Source: an uncultured Leptospiraceae bacterium (GTDB lineage: Bacteria; Spirochaetota; UBA4802; UB4802). From it: a stretch of DNA of 64,000 bases. Where the stretch lies: the NCBI GenBank assembly GCA_964486725.1, contig CAZAOK010000004.1, positions 6,014 through 70,013 of the forward strand, given 5' to 3'. The notes under the pieces are model-generated. The model was not told the origin of the DNA, did not search any database, and saw only the letters and a program-made list of their open reading frames with translations. The position numbers were made by a program, and so were the translations under genes. Positions 38,843 to 48,501 of this stretch are shown piece by piece. Every line of letters starts with the position of its first letter. Positions within the stretch are counted from its first letter, which is position 1.

Positions 38843-40078
38843 ATGAAGACTAAAACTATTACAGGGGTAATACTAATAGTATTCGGTCTGGGTTTATTTA
38901 TATACTATGACCAGTATATACAGCCTGAGAGGGAAGCATCAAAGCTCCTTGTCGAAGCAAAAATGATATATGAACGTGGTAACAGGGAAGCAGTAAATGA
39001 TGCTATAAATCTTTTCACAAAAATTATCGCCCGTTATCCTGAAACGGGCATGGTAGGTGAAGCGTACTATTATATCGGGCAATGTTATGAAAAACTTGGT
39101 TTGAAGAGACTTGCATACCTGAAATATGTATACGTTCTTAAAAACAACCGTGAGCAGCTGTCAAAGTCAATGCAAAGAGATATTATTGTACGATTGGCAC
39201 ATATAAATGTTTTGAAAAAAAATTCTGAAGAAGCAATCCACCAGATGTATAGCCTTCTTAATACTTCCTCAAACAAGGAGTTCAGAAGCAGGGTATATTC
39301 CGAGCTTGGGCATACATTTCTAAAGACGGGTGAGTTTAGCAAGGCCCGGCGAATGTTTGAGATTGCTCTACGTGAACACGGCAGTAATGAGGATGCGATA
39401 CTTGGCAGGGCACGCTCATTAAAACATCTTGGCCAGGCAACAAAAGCCTATGACAACTATGACTATTTTCTTAAATACTATGGTGGAATAAGTCAATATG
39501 CTGATGATGTAAGGAGCTCATACAGGGATCAGGCTTACCAGAGCGGTCTTCATGCCTTTCGAAAGGGACAGTACTGGAAAGGAATATCCTTTTTCCAAAG
39601 GGTGCTTACACATTTTCCCGGTCACAAGAGGAGCGAGAATGCACTTTACTGGACGGGTGAATGCTATTTCGCATTGAAAAAATTTGACAGGGCTATAGGG
39701 TATTTCAACAGGACCTTAACTAATAATTTCTACCATAAAGATCAGGACGCGCAGATAAAAAAAGGATACTCATATTTTATGAGCAAGCGATTCGATCTTG
39801 CTGCCAGGGAATTTCAGAAATATTTAAGATATTATCCCAGGGGGAAATACGTATCTGTTGCCCGTGAGTGGAATAAGATGAGTACAAAAGAACTTCAATA
39901 CAGGATACAGCGGAGCAGTCCGTCTGGTGATGTGAAGAAGGAAGAATCATTTCCAGGTGATGAAAATGTTGATGAAAACCTGGATGATGAGCTTGATCTT
40001 CAGGAAGATGAAGAAGTTGCCGCTACTGATCAGACTATATATAGAAAAATAGAACGGGTGAATGTAGCAGAGCTTTAA
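38843..40078 (+). CDS. Membrane-anchored TPR-repeat protein with acidic C-terminal tail
   Basis: Has an N-terminal TM (GVILIVFGLGLFIYY), several TPR-like repeats and a DE-rich tail. ATG 38843 is preceded by a GAGGAG RBS. Confidence 0.55.
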   Translation: MKTKTITGVILIVFGLGLFIYYDQYIQPEREASKLLVEAKMIYERGNREAVNDAINLFTKIIARYPETGMVGEAYYYIGQCYEKLGLKRLAYLKYVYVLKNNREQLSKSMQRDIIVRLAHINVLKKNSEEAIHQMYSLLNTSSNKEFRSRVYSELGHTFLKTGEFSKARRMFEIALREHGSNEDAILGRARSLKHLGQATKAYDNYDYFLKYYGGISQYADDVRSSYRDQAYQSGLHAFRKGQYWKGISFFQRVLTHFPGHKRSENALYWTGECYFALKKFDRAIGYFNRTLTNNFYHKDQDAQIKKGYSYFMSKRFDLAAREFQKYLRYYPRGKYVSVAREWNKMSTKELQYRIQRSSPSGDVKKEESFPGDENVDENLDDELDLQEDEEVAATDQTIYRKIERVNVAEL

Positions 40079-40150
40079 GATTCGGGCTTAAGATAATAAT
40101 ACAAGATGGTCACCTCGGAAAGGTGGCCATACTTTTATATTATGAAAAAA

Positions 40151-40299
40151 CGTAATTACTCAGCTGTCATGCTGAATAATTACAAATTATGCTAAAATGA
40201 ATAATCCTGCATCTCCCCCGCCGAAGGCGGGGGGAGATGCTCAAATTCATTTTCATTATGAAGTAAATGATCAATATTTTAGTCATAGCTGAGTAGTCA
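40151..40299. repeat. Structured intergenic repeat (MITE/REP-like), copy d (most complete)
   Basis: gtaattactcagctgtcatgctgaataattac forms its own hairpin arm. It is followed by the central hairpin gcatctcccccgccgaaggcggggggagatgc (40208-40239) and the right arm atcaatattttagtcatagctgagtagtcac. Confidence 0.6.
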
Positions 40300-40443
40300 C
40301 GAAAAAACGATGAATTTTAATCATTGACAACAACAAAGTTCATGTTGTAACAGTGAGTTATAATTGAAAATCAGATGACCCGCTTGATGAGAGCAATAAT
40401 AAGTTTTAATCAAACATCAGTATAAACATGGAGTGTAATTTGT

Positions 40444-41184
40444 ATGTTCAGGGAATATTTTATAAAAAAACAGAAAGAACTCTTAAAAAAACCTAAAACC
40501 ACATCAAAAACTGCTGCAAAAAAAGGAACCGCGGCATCAAAAAGTAAATCAGCAAAATCAACAACCCCGGTGTCTTATGATTTGAAATATTTTGAAAAGC
40601 TTATGGAAGGATTGTTGCCGCAAAACCTGGTAATAGAAAAAGCTTTGCCCATTGACGCAAGTGGTTATGTGGCAGAGAACCTGGATTATATTATTTATTA
40701 TAATAAATGGCCATCTATCCAGGATATAATGGGGGGACATGTTCCAGCTGAACTGGTATATGCCACATGTCATGTGGAAAATAAATTAACAAAGACATCT
40801 ATTAACAGCATTCTTAATAAAGTAGTTCTGGCAAAAAAGCTGAACAGGTTTACTGAAAATATGAGCCAGGCTTATATGATTCCTGCCTTTGTAATGGTAT
40901 ATGAAAGTACCATAGGTCTTCCGGATATCAAACAAAGTGTTGTAGACTATTATATGGACAAAAGTATAGATTCACTGCTTGAGTTTGATGTGATGTTGAT
41001 TGTCAACAAGGGAATTGTAATAAAAGACTGGCGGGAAAAAAGAAAATTCGTGGCTCTTGAAACAGGTAAAGATTCGCTTATGTGGTTTTTTGTCTTGATG
41101 AATGAATACCTGGAAATTGATGAACAACGGGAAGTAGATCTGCGTAATTACATCCATCAGAAAGAGCGGTATGAAGAGTATTGA
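40444..41184 (+). CDS. Hypothetical protein with lysine-rich N-terminal tail
   Basis: 246 aa. The N-terminal segment KKQKELLKKPKTTSKTAAKKGTAASKSKSAKS resembles histone H1/HU tails, and the rest has no recognisable domain. Confidence 0.4.
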   Translation: MFREYFIKKQKELLKKPKTTSKTAAKKGTAASKSKSAKSTTPVSYDLKYFEKLMEGLLPQNLVIEKALPIDASGYVAENLDYIIYYNKWPSIQDIMGGHVPAELVYATCHVENKLTKTSINSILNKVVLAKKLNRFTENMSQAYMIPAFVMVYESTIGLPDIKQSVVDYYMDKSIDSLLEFDVMLIVNKGIVIKDWREKRKFVALETGKDSLMWFFVLMNEYLEIDEQREVDLRNYIHQKERYEEY

Positions 41185-41307
41185 TGAATGTTGTAGTATT
41201 ATACTTGACATTTTATGAATATTCATTATTAATAATGACACAATACAACTATTATCAATGCGTTTCAGGAGATATATACAGATAATAAATTCGAAAAGGA
41301 GTTCGCC

Positions 41308-42432
41308 TTGAAAACGCAAACAAGAAGAAGTCACGGCGCATTTGCCGTTATACTCAGCGTTGCCATTGTGCTGATGATGGCTGTTCCAAATCTGTATGCT
41401 GCCAAAAAAAAGGATCTCATTCTTGTGCTTGACACATCGTTGAGTATGGCCGGTCACGGGGGAAAAAGTATAATGTCCCGAGTGAAGAAAAGTCTTCCCC
41501 GGTTTATTGATCAGCTTGAAGAGGATGACAGTATAACCTTTATCACGTTTGATACAGATGTAAAGGTGTATCCCCGCATTGTTATTGAAGATGAAAGTAA
41601 CAGGGATGTTATTAAAAAATATATTTCCATGGTAGAGGCAAAAGGAAAGTGGACCTATACCATGCGAATGATTAGAACTGTATTTGCAACAGCGCAAAAA
41701 CTTGAAGACGAATATCCCGACAGGGAAAGGGTTATCGTGGTGCTGACCGACGCGCTTGATGATCCACCGCCATGGCAGGGTGGTGCGCATTTTAATATAA
41801 AAAGTATTGCTGAAAAATATAGCGGGAAAGAATGGTTTATTCATTTTGTCAGCCTTGGAAATCTAAAGCAGAATGAAAAAGTTGCAGAGATCACCAGGCA
41901 GGTAAAAGAGAATGTATCTGAGTATACCAGTCTTGTTGAGACCCGGGAGGATACAGAAAAGGATATTTCAGAAGACCTGACCCGCGAAATGACCACAATG
42001 ATTGAGGACAAAAGAGAAAGTGACAGGATGTTTTTTACACGTCCATGGTTTATCGCGATACTGGTCGTTTTGTTTGTTCTGGTTATAATATATTTTCTTA
42101 AAAAACTTGCCGAACTAAAAGTACGGGGAAAGCTTGAATACTGGAATAATGAGCTTCTTGAGCCATACATTGAAGAGTTCAATCTTACGACAACCAATAG
42201 CAAGTCAGTTTTTATCGGCAGGGGAGTAGGTAATCACCTTAACATCAGGGACTTTGATGTCCGTAAACCTGTAGTTATTTCAGCCGATCGGGAAAGTGGA
42301 GAAGTTAAATGTACCGTGTCTATGACTGGAGAAGAGTCAATAGAGTTTAAGAACAGGAAACCGGGAAAATTTCTGCAGGATGGCGATATTTTTAAAGTTG
42401 CCAATTATACATTTAAGTATTACGAGGAATAA
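41308..42432 (+). CDS. vWA domain - TM helix - FHA-like domain protein
   Basis: Has a signal peptide and a vWA MIDAS motif DTSLSM..T..D (LILVLDTSLSMAGHG). Then come a single TM (WFIAILVVLFVLVIIYFL) and a C-terminal FHA-like region (SVFIGRGVGNHLNIRDFDVRKPVVISADRESGEV). TTG start with an AAAGGAG RBS. Confidence 0.55.
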   Translation: MKTQTRRSHGAFAVILSVAIVLMMAVPNLYAAKKKDLILVLDTSLSMAGHGGKSIMSRVKKSLPRFIDQLEEDDSITFITFDTDVKVYPRIVIEDESNRDVIKKYISMVEAKGKWTYTMRMIRTVFATAQKLEDEYPDRERVIVVLTDALDDPPPWQGGAHFNIKSIAEKYSGKEWFIHFVSLGNLKQNEKVAEITRQVKENVSEYTSLVETREDTEKDISEDLTREMTTMIEDKRESDRMFFTRPWFIAILVVLFVLVIIYFLKKLAELKVRGKLEYWNNELLEPYIEEFNLTTTNSKSVFIGRGVGNHLNIRDFDVRKPVVISADRESGEVKCTVSMTGEESIEFKNRKPGKFLQDGDIFKVANYTFKYYEE

Positions 42433-42649
42433 TACGGGTACAATTTTAAAAATTTATTATATGTGTCAAATAAAGCCTTGACATTATACACTTGACTGTT
42501 AGCATCTATTTGTTTACAATGCAGGTAATAATATATGCATAACCTTCGGCGATAATCTGGCAATAATTATTTCCATAATACAGTTCGCCGCGGATAATCA
42601 TATAAAAACTCAAAATAAGATGATAAGTATTTGATAAGGAGGTCTATAC

Positions 42650-44596
42650 ATGTCAATAGCCCAATTTCCAAAAAGCCCCAATAAGGTTCACCCTTCAGAG
42701 CCGAGCGCTGTCGGGTCGAGAAATTCACTTGCCCAGGAAGGTCGTGATAAAGTTGCTGAGGCGAAGCTGGTTCTGGATGAAACTGTAGACAAGGTGCTTA
42801 ATAATATGGAGAATAAGCTCCCCGAGGAGGTTTTAAAAAACCTTGATGTTATGGGTGGCTTAAAGGAAAAACTCTACAATTATGTGAACCAGACGTATGT
42901 AAACATGTTCAATCGTTATACTGTTACGATGGAAGATGAGTTCGTAAAGAAGGTCAGGGATTTTACCGACCGTGAAGAAGCGAAAGGTCTTGCCCGGTAT
43001 ACGCCACGTGAAATTACGGAACTCCTTGATAAGGTTGGTGGAGCTGATAAGTTTAATACAGGTGAAGTTGAAAAATCCATGGTAAACATGTATGGTCATC
43101 TTCAGGGGCATATTCAGCGCGGTATGAACGATCTTGAAAATGAAACCAATGCAATTTTACGACAGAAGACAGATGTAGGTGCATTCATAAGAGGTGAAAA
43201 CGCATATTCGATAATAAAATGCGTTTTCAAAGATAATTCACTGAAACCCAAGTTTGTTAACGATGTGAAACTTTCAATCAACATACTTGACAGTGAGTTG
43301 ATCAGCCCCATCTATCATTACCAGGTTACCGTTGAGTCTCTTCTTAAAGATGCAATTCAGAAGCACATTCACGATTTGATCGATAAGCAGATCGAATCGC
43401 TTAAAGAAGAGCTTATGGATCAGGGTAAAAGTGAGCTTTCCGGTTCAGAAATTATGTTCGAAAAGGTCAAAAGGATCGAGAACTTCACAGATGATGAAAA
43501 AGAAGATGAGAAGTCAAAACGATACACTATTTTGGCTAAAAAGTTCCTTGATAAAATTGAAGGTCTCCGTGCAGAGATTGATATTGACGAATATGATCCG
43601 CTTAATGTTCGTGAAAATATCAAGTACATCATTGATGAAGAAAATATCAGGAACAGGGGATACAATACCGCTATCAATGCGATCACCTCAATTCTTGATA
43701 CCAGTAAGCTTGGCTACCAGGTTTGTGATAACATGAAAAATGCCAGGATCTGTAATATCCGTGAGTATGAAGAACTTGATTCATCAATTCTTCCCGATGA
43801 GCGCTATCAGATTCGCCTTGCATACTACGATCAGAACCAGTTAAGAGAAGAAAAGAAAGAATATGATCGCCAGATGGATGCCTTTACCCGTGAGATACTC
43901 AGAGCATGGGATGTTGTTCACGCTCATTATGAATCCAAGAAGCGTTTCAGGTCACTCAGGGATTTTGATGACCTGGCAAACAGGCTTATGAGCCGTGATT
44001 GGAGACGAACCAAGCGTGAAGAAGACATGGATCCGAACAGTGTATTGTGGAATGAAATTGGTGAACTCTATAATGAGAATACCTTCGTAGAGAAGAATAA
44101 CAGAACATACGAAGACAGGATCATGAATCTAAAAAATAAGATGAGATACCTCACCAATCGATTGCAGGAAATGCACGGATATCAGAACCCCATAGAGCGT
44201 GTTATTCTTGATGAACGACTTAACTTTATTGAAAGAAGGTTTAACGAGTTCACATACAAGATTAATCCTCACCACATTCAGCCTGGCTTGATTCTTGATG
44301 TTGATATAACAACAATCAAGAGAAAGCAGTATATGCTGAAGGGTATGGCTAATGTGCTTAATGAATTCCTGTACGGTATATCTAAGGGATTCCAGGATGC
44401 TGCCTTCGCAACATTTAAGAGAAGAAGGTCTACAGTAAGAACTGATATCGACCAGTCTTTTTCAACAGAAGAGACAAAGGAAGATATTTTTGAGGCAGCA
44501 TACAAGGCAAGTGCCGGTGAATCAGATGTGAAGGGATCTGTGAATCTTTCACCTAAAGGAAAATCAAAAAAGAGTTCTGGTTTAAAAGAACTGTAA
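42650..44596 (+). CDS. Large hypothetical alpha-helical/coiled-coil protein (648 aa)
   Basis: Strong AAGGAGG RBS. The protein is charged and helix-rich with no recognisable catalytic motif. The gene has its own terminator. Confidence 0.45.
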   Translation: MSIAQFPKSPNKVHPSEPSAVGSRNSLAQEGRDKVAEAKLVLDETVDKVLNNMENKLPEEVLKNLDVMGGLKEKLYNYVNQTYVNMFNRYTVTMEDEFVKKVRDFTDREEAKGLARYTPREITELLDKVGGADKFNTGEVEKSMVNMYGHLQGHIQRGMNDLENETNAILRQKTDVGAFIRGENAYSIIKCVFKDNSLKPKFVNDVKLSINILDSELISPIYHYQVTVESLLKDAIQKHIHDLIDKQIESLKEELMDQGKSELSGSEIMFEKVKRIENFTDDEKEDEKSKRYTILAKKFLDKIEGLRAEIDIDEYDPLNVRENIKYIIDEENIRNRGYNTAINAITSILDTSKLGYQVCDNMKNARICNIREYEELDSSILPDERYQIRLAYYDQNQLREEKKEYDRQMDAFTREILRAWDVVHAHYESKKRFRSLRDFDDLANRLMSRDWRRTKREEDMDPNSVLWNEIGELYNENTFVEKNNRTYEDRIMNLKNKMRYLTNRLQEMHGYQNPIERVILDERLNFIERRFNEFTYKINPHHIQPGLILDVDITTIKRKQYMLKGMANVLNEFLYGISKGFQDAAFATFKRRRSTVRTDIDQSFSTEETKEDIFEAAYKASAGESDVKGSVNLSPKGKSKKSSGLKEL

Positions 44597-44621
44597 AATA
44601 ACAGTCCCATATTTAAGTAAT

Positions 44622-44650
44622 AAAAGGATGGCAAAAGCCATCCTTTTATT
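44622..44650 (+). terminator. Rho-independent terminator
   Basis: ggatggc-aaaa-gccatcc stem followed by TTTTATT. Confidence 0.6.
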
Positions 44651-44664
44651 ATATGGCAAAAGAC

Positions 44665-44693
44665 TTGCAATTAACAAAGTAATATTATATAAT
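44665..44693 (+). promoter_or_regulatory. Sigma70-like promoter (-35 TTGCAA, 17-nt spacer, -10 TATAAT)
   Basis: ttgcaa-ttaacaaagtaatatta-tataat lies about 70 nt upstream of the 44762 ATG. Confidence 0.35.
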
Positions 44694-44761
44694 GCGTTCA
44701 AATAAAGTTCCTTTTATTTTCATTGAGTAACATATATATTCCACTTGAGAGGTATTATATT

Positions 44762-45664
44762 ATGGAAACCACGTACTATTCTCTTGCCACTAAATCGAAT
44801 TTCAATAAGGCATTAAATCATTTTTTTAAAGTTAACGAAGTCGTTGAGGAAGTAGAATCGGGTCAAAATTTTGCTGATGTGATAAATTCATTGCTTTACG
44901 ATGATGAAATCGAATCAGACCAGATACTTCCAATAATTGGAGCTGTTATCAGGGATAAGTACAAGTATTCATATGATTCATTCCATGTTCCTTCTTCCAT
45001 AAATGATTTCAGTAAGATAGCGGCAGAAACAGAAAAATGGACAGCTGTAGATTTATTTACTGTATATTTTAATGCAAGCAACGAGGTATTTCTTATCAAC
45101 CCAAAGAATTCTCAACACTGGGAACGAGTTCGAGAATTATCAAAGGATCAATTAATCATATTATATGCAAAATATTTAAAGGATGAAGAAAATACTAATA
45201 TTGAAAAAGAAGCAATTAATGCAGTTGAAGAGATGATAGCGGGAAGGGATGTTTTTATCAACAAGGAATTTGTCGATGAAACAGTGATACCGAAGACTAC
45301 ACAGAAAAAAGAAAAGCCTGTATCAGAAGGTAAACGGCAGATGACACCCAAGTATTCGATAACTGTAACAAACGAATTATTTCATAACGGGAATGTGGAA
45401 GCATGGAAAAAAATAATTGAAAGCTTTGAGACTTCCCATCCTGACCTGGAAGTGCATATCTATCATGAAGGTGAAAAGATCAATGACATTAATTCGCTAT
45501 TCAAGTGGGGCAAGGTGAAGCATGGAGATCCAATATTCTTCCAGGTGGTGGGGGAAAATATTAAGAATGTTTCAAAGCTGCAAAAATACTTATACGAAGG
45601 TGCAAGCCAGAGATTTGAGCAATTCCTTAAAATTGGTGTGGGTAAAGTTTTAAACCTGTTCTAA
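44762..45664 (+). CDS. Hypothetical protein (300 aa)
   Basis: ATG 44762 is preceded by a GAGAGG RBS. No recognisable domain. The stop is 39 nt upstream of ppdK. Confidence 0.4.
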   Translation: METTYYSLATKSNFNKALNHFFKVNEVVEEVESGQNFADVINSLLYDDEIESDQILPIIGAVIRDKYKYSYDSFHVPSSINDFSKIAAETEKWTAVDLFTVYFNASNEVFLINPKNSQHWERVRELSKDQLIILYAKYLKDEENTNIEKEAINAVEEMIAGRDVFINKEFVDETVIPKTTQKKEKPVSEGKRQMTPKYSITVTNELFHNGNVEAWKKIIESFETSHPDLEVHIYHEGEKINDINSLFKWGKVKHGDPIFFQVVGENIKNVSKLQKYLYEGASQRFEQFLKIGVGKVLNLF

Positions 45665-45702
45665 TAGAATAATATATATTCTTTCTAAGGAGATGAGTAT
45701 TT

Positions 45703-48309
45703 ATGGAAAATATAGTATATTTTAACAAGGACTTTAAAGGATACGACGAAAAGCAGGTCAAAAGTGTTGGTATTCGCGGAAAGAGAGCCGTGGATCTTGC
45801 AGCCATGGGATTACCTATTGCACCTGGTTTCTTAATCGATTCAGAATTAACACTTAAGCTTCCAAAGGTTAATGTTAAACAGGTATTAAAGACATTCATC
45901 GATAAAATCGAAAAAGACACAAAAAAGGGCTACGGTGATCCGGAAAAACCGCTGCTTCTTAAAGTAGTTTTAAGTTCTGATTTAAACATACCATTCTTCC
46001 CATCGATTCATAATATAGGATTGAATGATGAAGTTGTGGAAGGATTCGCAAAATTTACAGATGAAGCATTTGCATGGGGAGAATATCGTTTTCTCCTTCG
46101 AAGCATGGCAATAAAAATATATGGTATAGATGAAGAGGAAATTAATAAACTGGAAGGAAAACTTCCCAAAAAGCCGAAAGCTGAAGATTATAAGGCAGTA
46201 GTGCAAAAATACAAAAAGTTTCTTGGTGACAAGTTTAGTGAAGATGTGTATGATCAACTTGGTCTTATTTTAAAGGGTGCGGCTTCCAGGTATTGTGACT
46301 CTGACATCGATGTTGATAATAGCCTGTCAATAATGGTGCAGGTTATGGTTTACGGAAATTTTGGTGAAAACTCATACGCGGGAAATTATTTCACCCGTAA
46401 TATAATTGATGGTGATCCGAAGATACAGGGTGAATTTCTGCAAAACGAATTTGATGTAGACAGGGGAAAACCCAGGGATATCGATAAGATTGATAAAAAA
46501 TATTATGACAAACTTTCAGACCTGGCCAGAAAGATTGAAGATAATTTTAAAGAGATAAGAAATGTTAAATTTACCATTGAAGAAGGCGATTTTTGGCTTA
46601 TTGAACAAAGAGATGTAGATGAAAAATCCACTCAGTCTCATATAAAAACTCTTCTTGATCTGAATAATAGAAAAGTTATTACTGAAACATATCTTGTTGA
46701 CGCGATCAAACCAAGCCAACTCAATGAATTGCTCCACCCAATTATTGATCCAAGAACGACTAAAAATGTAAAAACGATTAAAGGCGGTATAGCCGGTTCA
46801 ACCGGTGCAGCGATTGGCCGTGTTTATTTTACCACAAACAGGTTGTTAGAGGAATATAAACGGGCTATTATGCATGGTGGGGATACTAATTTGATCCTGG
46901 TTATGCCAGCTACTTACGCTGAAGACGTGAAAGCTATTGAGGTTGCTCAGGGTGTTATATCAACGGAAGGTGGTTTCTCATCTCACGCGCCGGTTGTAGC
47001 AAGAAGCCTTGGGAAAGTGGCGATGGTGCAGCCAGAAATGAAAATAAGAAATAACACGTTTACCCTTGGGGGCAAGACAGTGAAGGAAGGGGATTACATA
47101 TCCATAAATGTTCCCTATTATGAACCCCCAACGTTGTACCTGGGTAAGGTGGGATTGATCGAACCTGATTTCAAAAAGAACGGCTTGCTTGATTTTCTCA
47201 ATATCTGTGAAAAATTTATCGAAGATTTTAACGTAAGGGCTAATGCCGACCAGGCACGTGACGCGAAAGTGGCCGGTGAATTTCATGCTGATGGTATCGG
47301 ACTTTGTAGAACAGAGCATATGTTCTTCAATGAAAAAAGAATTATGAAATTCAGGGAGATGATTCTTTCAGAAAATGAGAAAGAACGAAGAAAAGCACTT
47401 GAAGCGTTGAGGCCAATGCAGCGTTCTGATTTTTACGAGCTGTTTAAAATAATGAAAGGGCATCCTGTAACAATTCGATTACTGGATGCGCCACTTCACG
47501 AGTTCCTGCCTCGTACCGAGGGTAGTATGAAAGAATTTATAAAGTACATGCAGGAAAAGAAAAAAGGATTAACAGCAGCCGAGATTCGCACAAGATGTGA
47601 TGAACTGGGTGAGATGAACCCTATGCTGGGTCACAGGGGATGCAGGGTTGCAGTTACATATCCGGAAATATATGAAATGCAATGCAGGGCAATTTTTGAA
47701 GCAGCATGCATGTTGAAGAAAGAAGGTATAGAGGTTATACCTGAAATCATGATACCCATAGTTATGAGCGATACGGAGATCAAGTTCCTGAAAAATGGCA
47801 AAAAGATTGAAGGTAAAACTGTAAAAGGGATTCGTGATATTAAGGATGAAGTTATTGACGAATATGGTATTGATGAACTGGATTATAAAGTTGGTACAAT
47901 GATCGAATTGCCGGCAGCAGCTGTTGGAGCGGGAAATATCGCGCAGCATGCCGAGTTTTTCAGTTTTGGTACAAATGACCTTACACAGACGACCTATGGA
48001 ATATCGCGGGATGATATTAATTCATTTTTCCCAAGCTACTCATTGTATGACCTGATTAAGCACAATCCTTTCAAGGTTCTTGGTGAAGAGGTTAAAGAGC
48101 TTATAGAGTTAGCGTCACTTCGTGGACGTTTAACAAGACCAAATATTAAAATGGGATTATGTGGAGAGCATGGTGCGGATCCCGAAAATATTGAGTTTTG
48201 TATGGAAGTTGGGCTTAATTATGTGTCCTGTTCTCCATACTCAATCCCCCTGTCAAAGCTCGCGGTGGCACAAATTAACATTAAGAAGTTGCAAACTGAA
48301 GAAGAATAA
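45703..48309 (+). CDS. ppdK: Pyruvate, phosphate dikinase
   Basis: 868 aa with a PEP-utilising mobile domain (GGFSSHAPVVARSLGK) and a C-terminal TIM-barrel carrying the GIGLCRTEHMFF signature plus GTNDLTQ. The N-terminal ATP-grasp region is divergent. Confidence 0.85.
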   Translation: MENIVYFNKDFKGYDEKQVKSVGIRGKRAVDLAAMGLPIAPGFLIDSELTLKLPKVNVKQVLKTFIDKIEKDTKKGYGDPEKPLLLKVVLSSDLNIPFFPSIHNIGLNDEVVEGFAKFTDEAFAWGEYRFLLRSMAIKIYGIDEEEINKLEGKLPKKPKAEDYKAVVQKYKKFLGDKFSEDVYDQLGLILKGAASRYCDSDIDVDNSLSIMVQVMVYGNFGENSYAGNYFTRNIIDGDPKIQGEFLQNEFDVDRGKPRDIDKIDKKYYDKLSDLARKIEDNFKEIRNVKFTIEEGDFWLIEQRDVDEKSTQSHIKTLLDLNNRKVITETYLVDAIKPSQLNELLHPIIDPRTTKNVKTIKGGIAGSTGAAIGRVYFTTNRLLEEYKRAIMHGGDTNLILVMPATYAEDVKAIEVAQGVISTEGGFSSHAPVVARSLGKVAMVQPEMKIRNNTFTLGGKTVKEGDYISINVPYYEPPTLYLGKVGLIEPDFKKNGLLDFLNICEKFIEDFNVRANADQARDAKVAGEFHADGIGLCRTEHMFFNEKRIMKFREMILSENEKERRKALEALRPMQRSDFYELFKIMKGHPVTIRLLDAPLHEFLPRTEGSMKEFIKYMQEKKKGLTAAEIRTRCDELGEMNPMLGHRGCRVAVTYPEIYEMQCRAIFEAACMLKKEGIEVIPEIMIPIVMSDTEIKFLKNGKKIEGKTVKGIRDIKDEVIDEYGIDELDYKVGTMIELPAAAVGAGNIAQHAEFFSFGTNDLTQTTYGISRDDINSFFPSYSLYDLIKHNPFKVLGEEVKELIELASLRGRLTRPNIKMGLCGEHGADPENIEFCMEVGLNYVSCSPYSIPLSKLAVAQINIKKLQTEEE

Positions 48310-48332
48310 CAAGATAAATAAAGAAATTAATT

Positions 48333-48369
48333 ATGCCCCACTGGATGTAAAATCGGTGGGGCATTTTTA
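48333..48369 (+). terminator. Rho-independent terminator after ppdK
   Basis: atgccccac-tggatgtaaaatcg-gtggggcat followed by TTTTTAT. Confidence 0.6.
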
Positions 48370-48501
48370 TGATATGAACATTAGCGTATGACGTGCAGTG
48401 AACATAATTATTGTTATGTGATAATTAAATATTTATGTAAAAACAAGTTGCAAATAAAGCATACCATAATATGTTATGTTCAAAAACGAGGGAGAGGTAT
48501 T

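Noticed and set aside
40972-41844. 290-aa minus-strand ORF
   Set aside because: It overlaps two well-supported plus-strand genes. Its product is F/I/N-rich low complexity, typical of antisense reading of AT-rich coding DNA, and it has no RBS.
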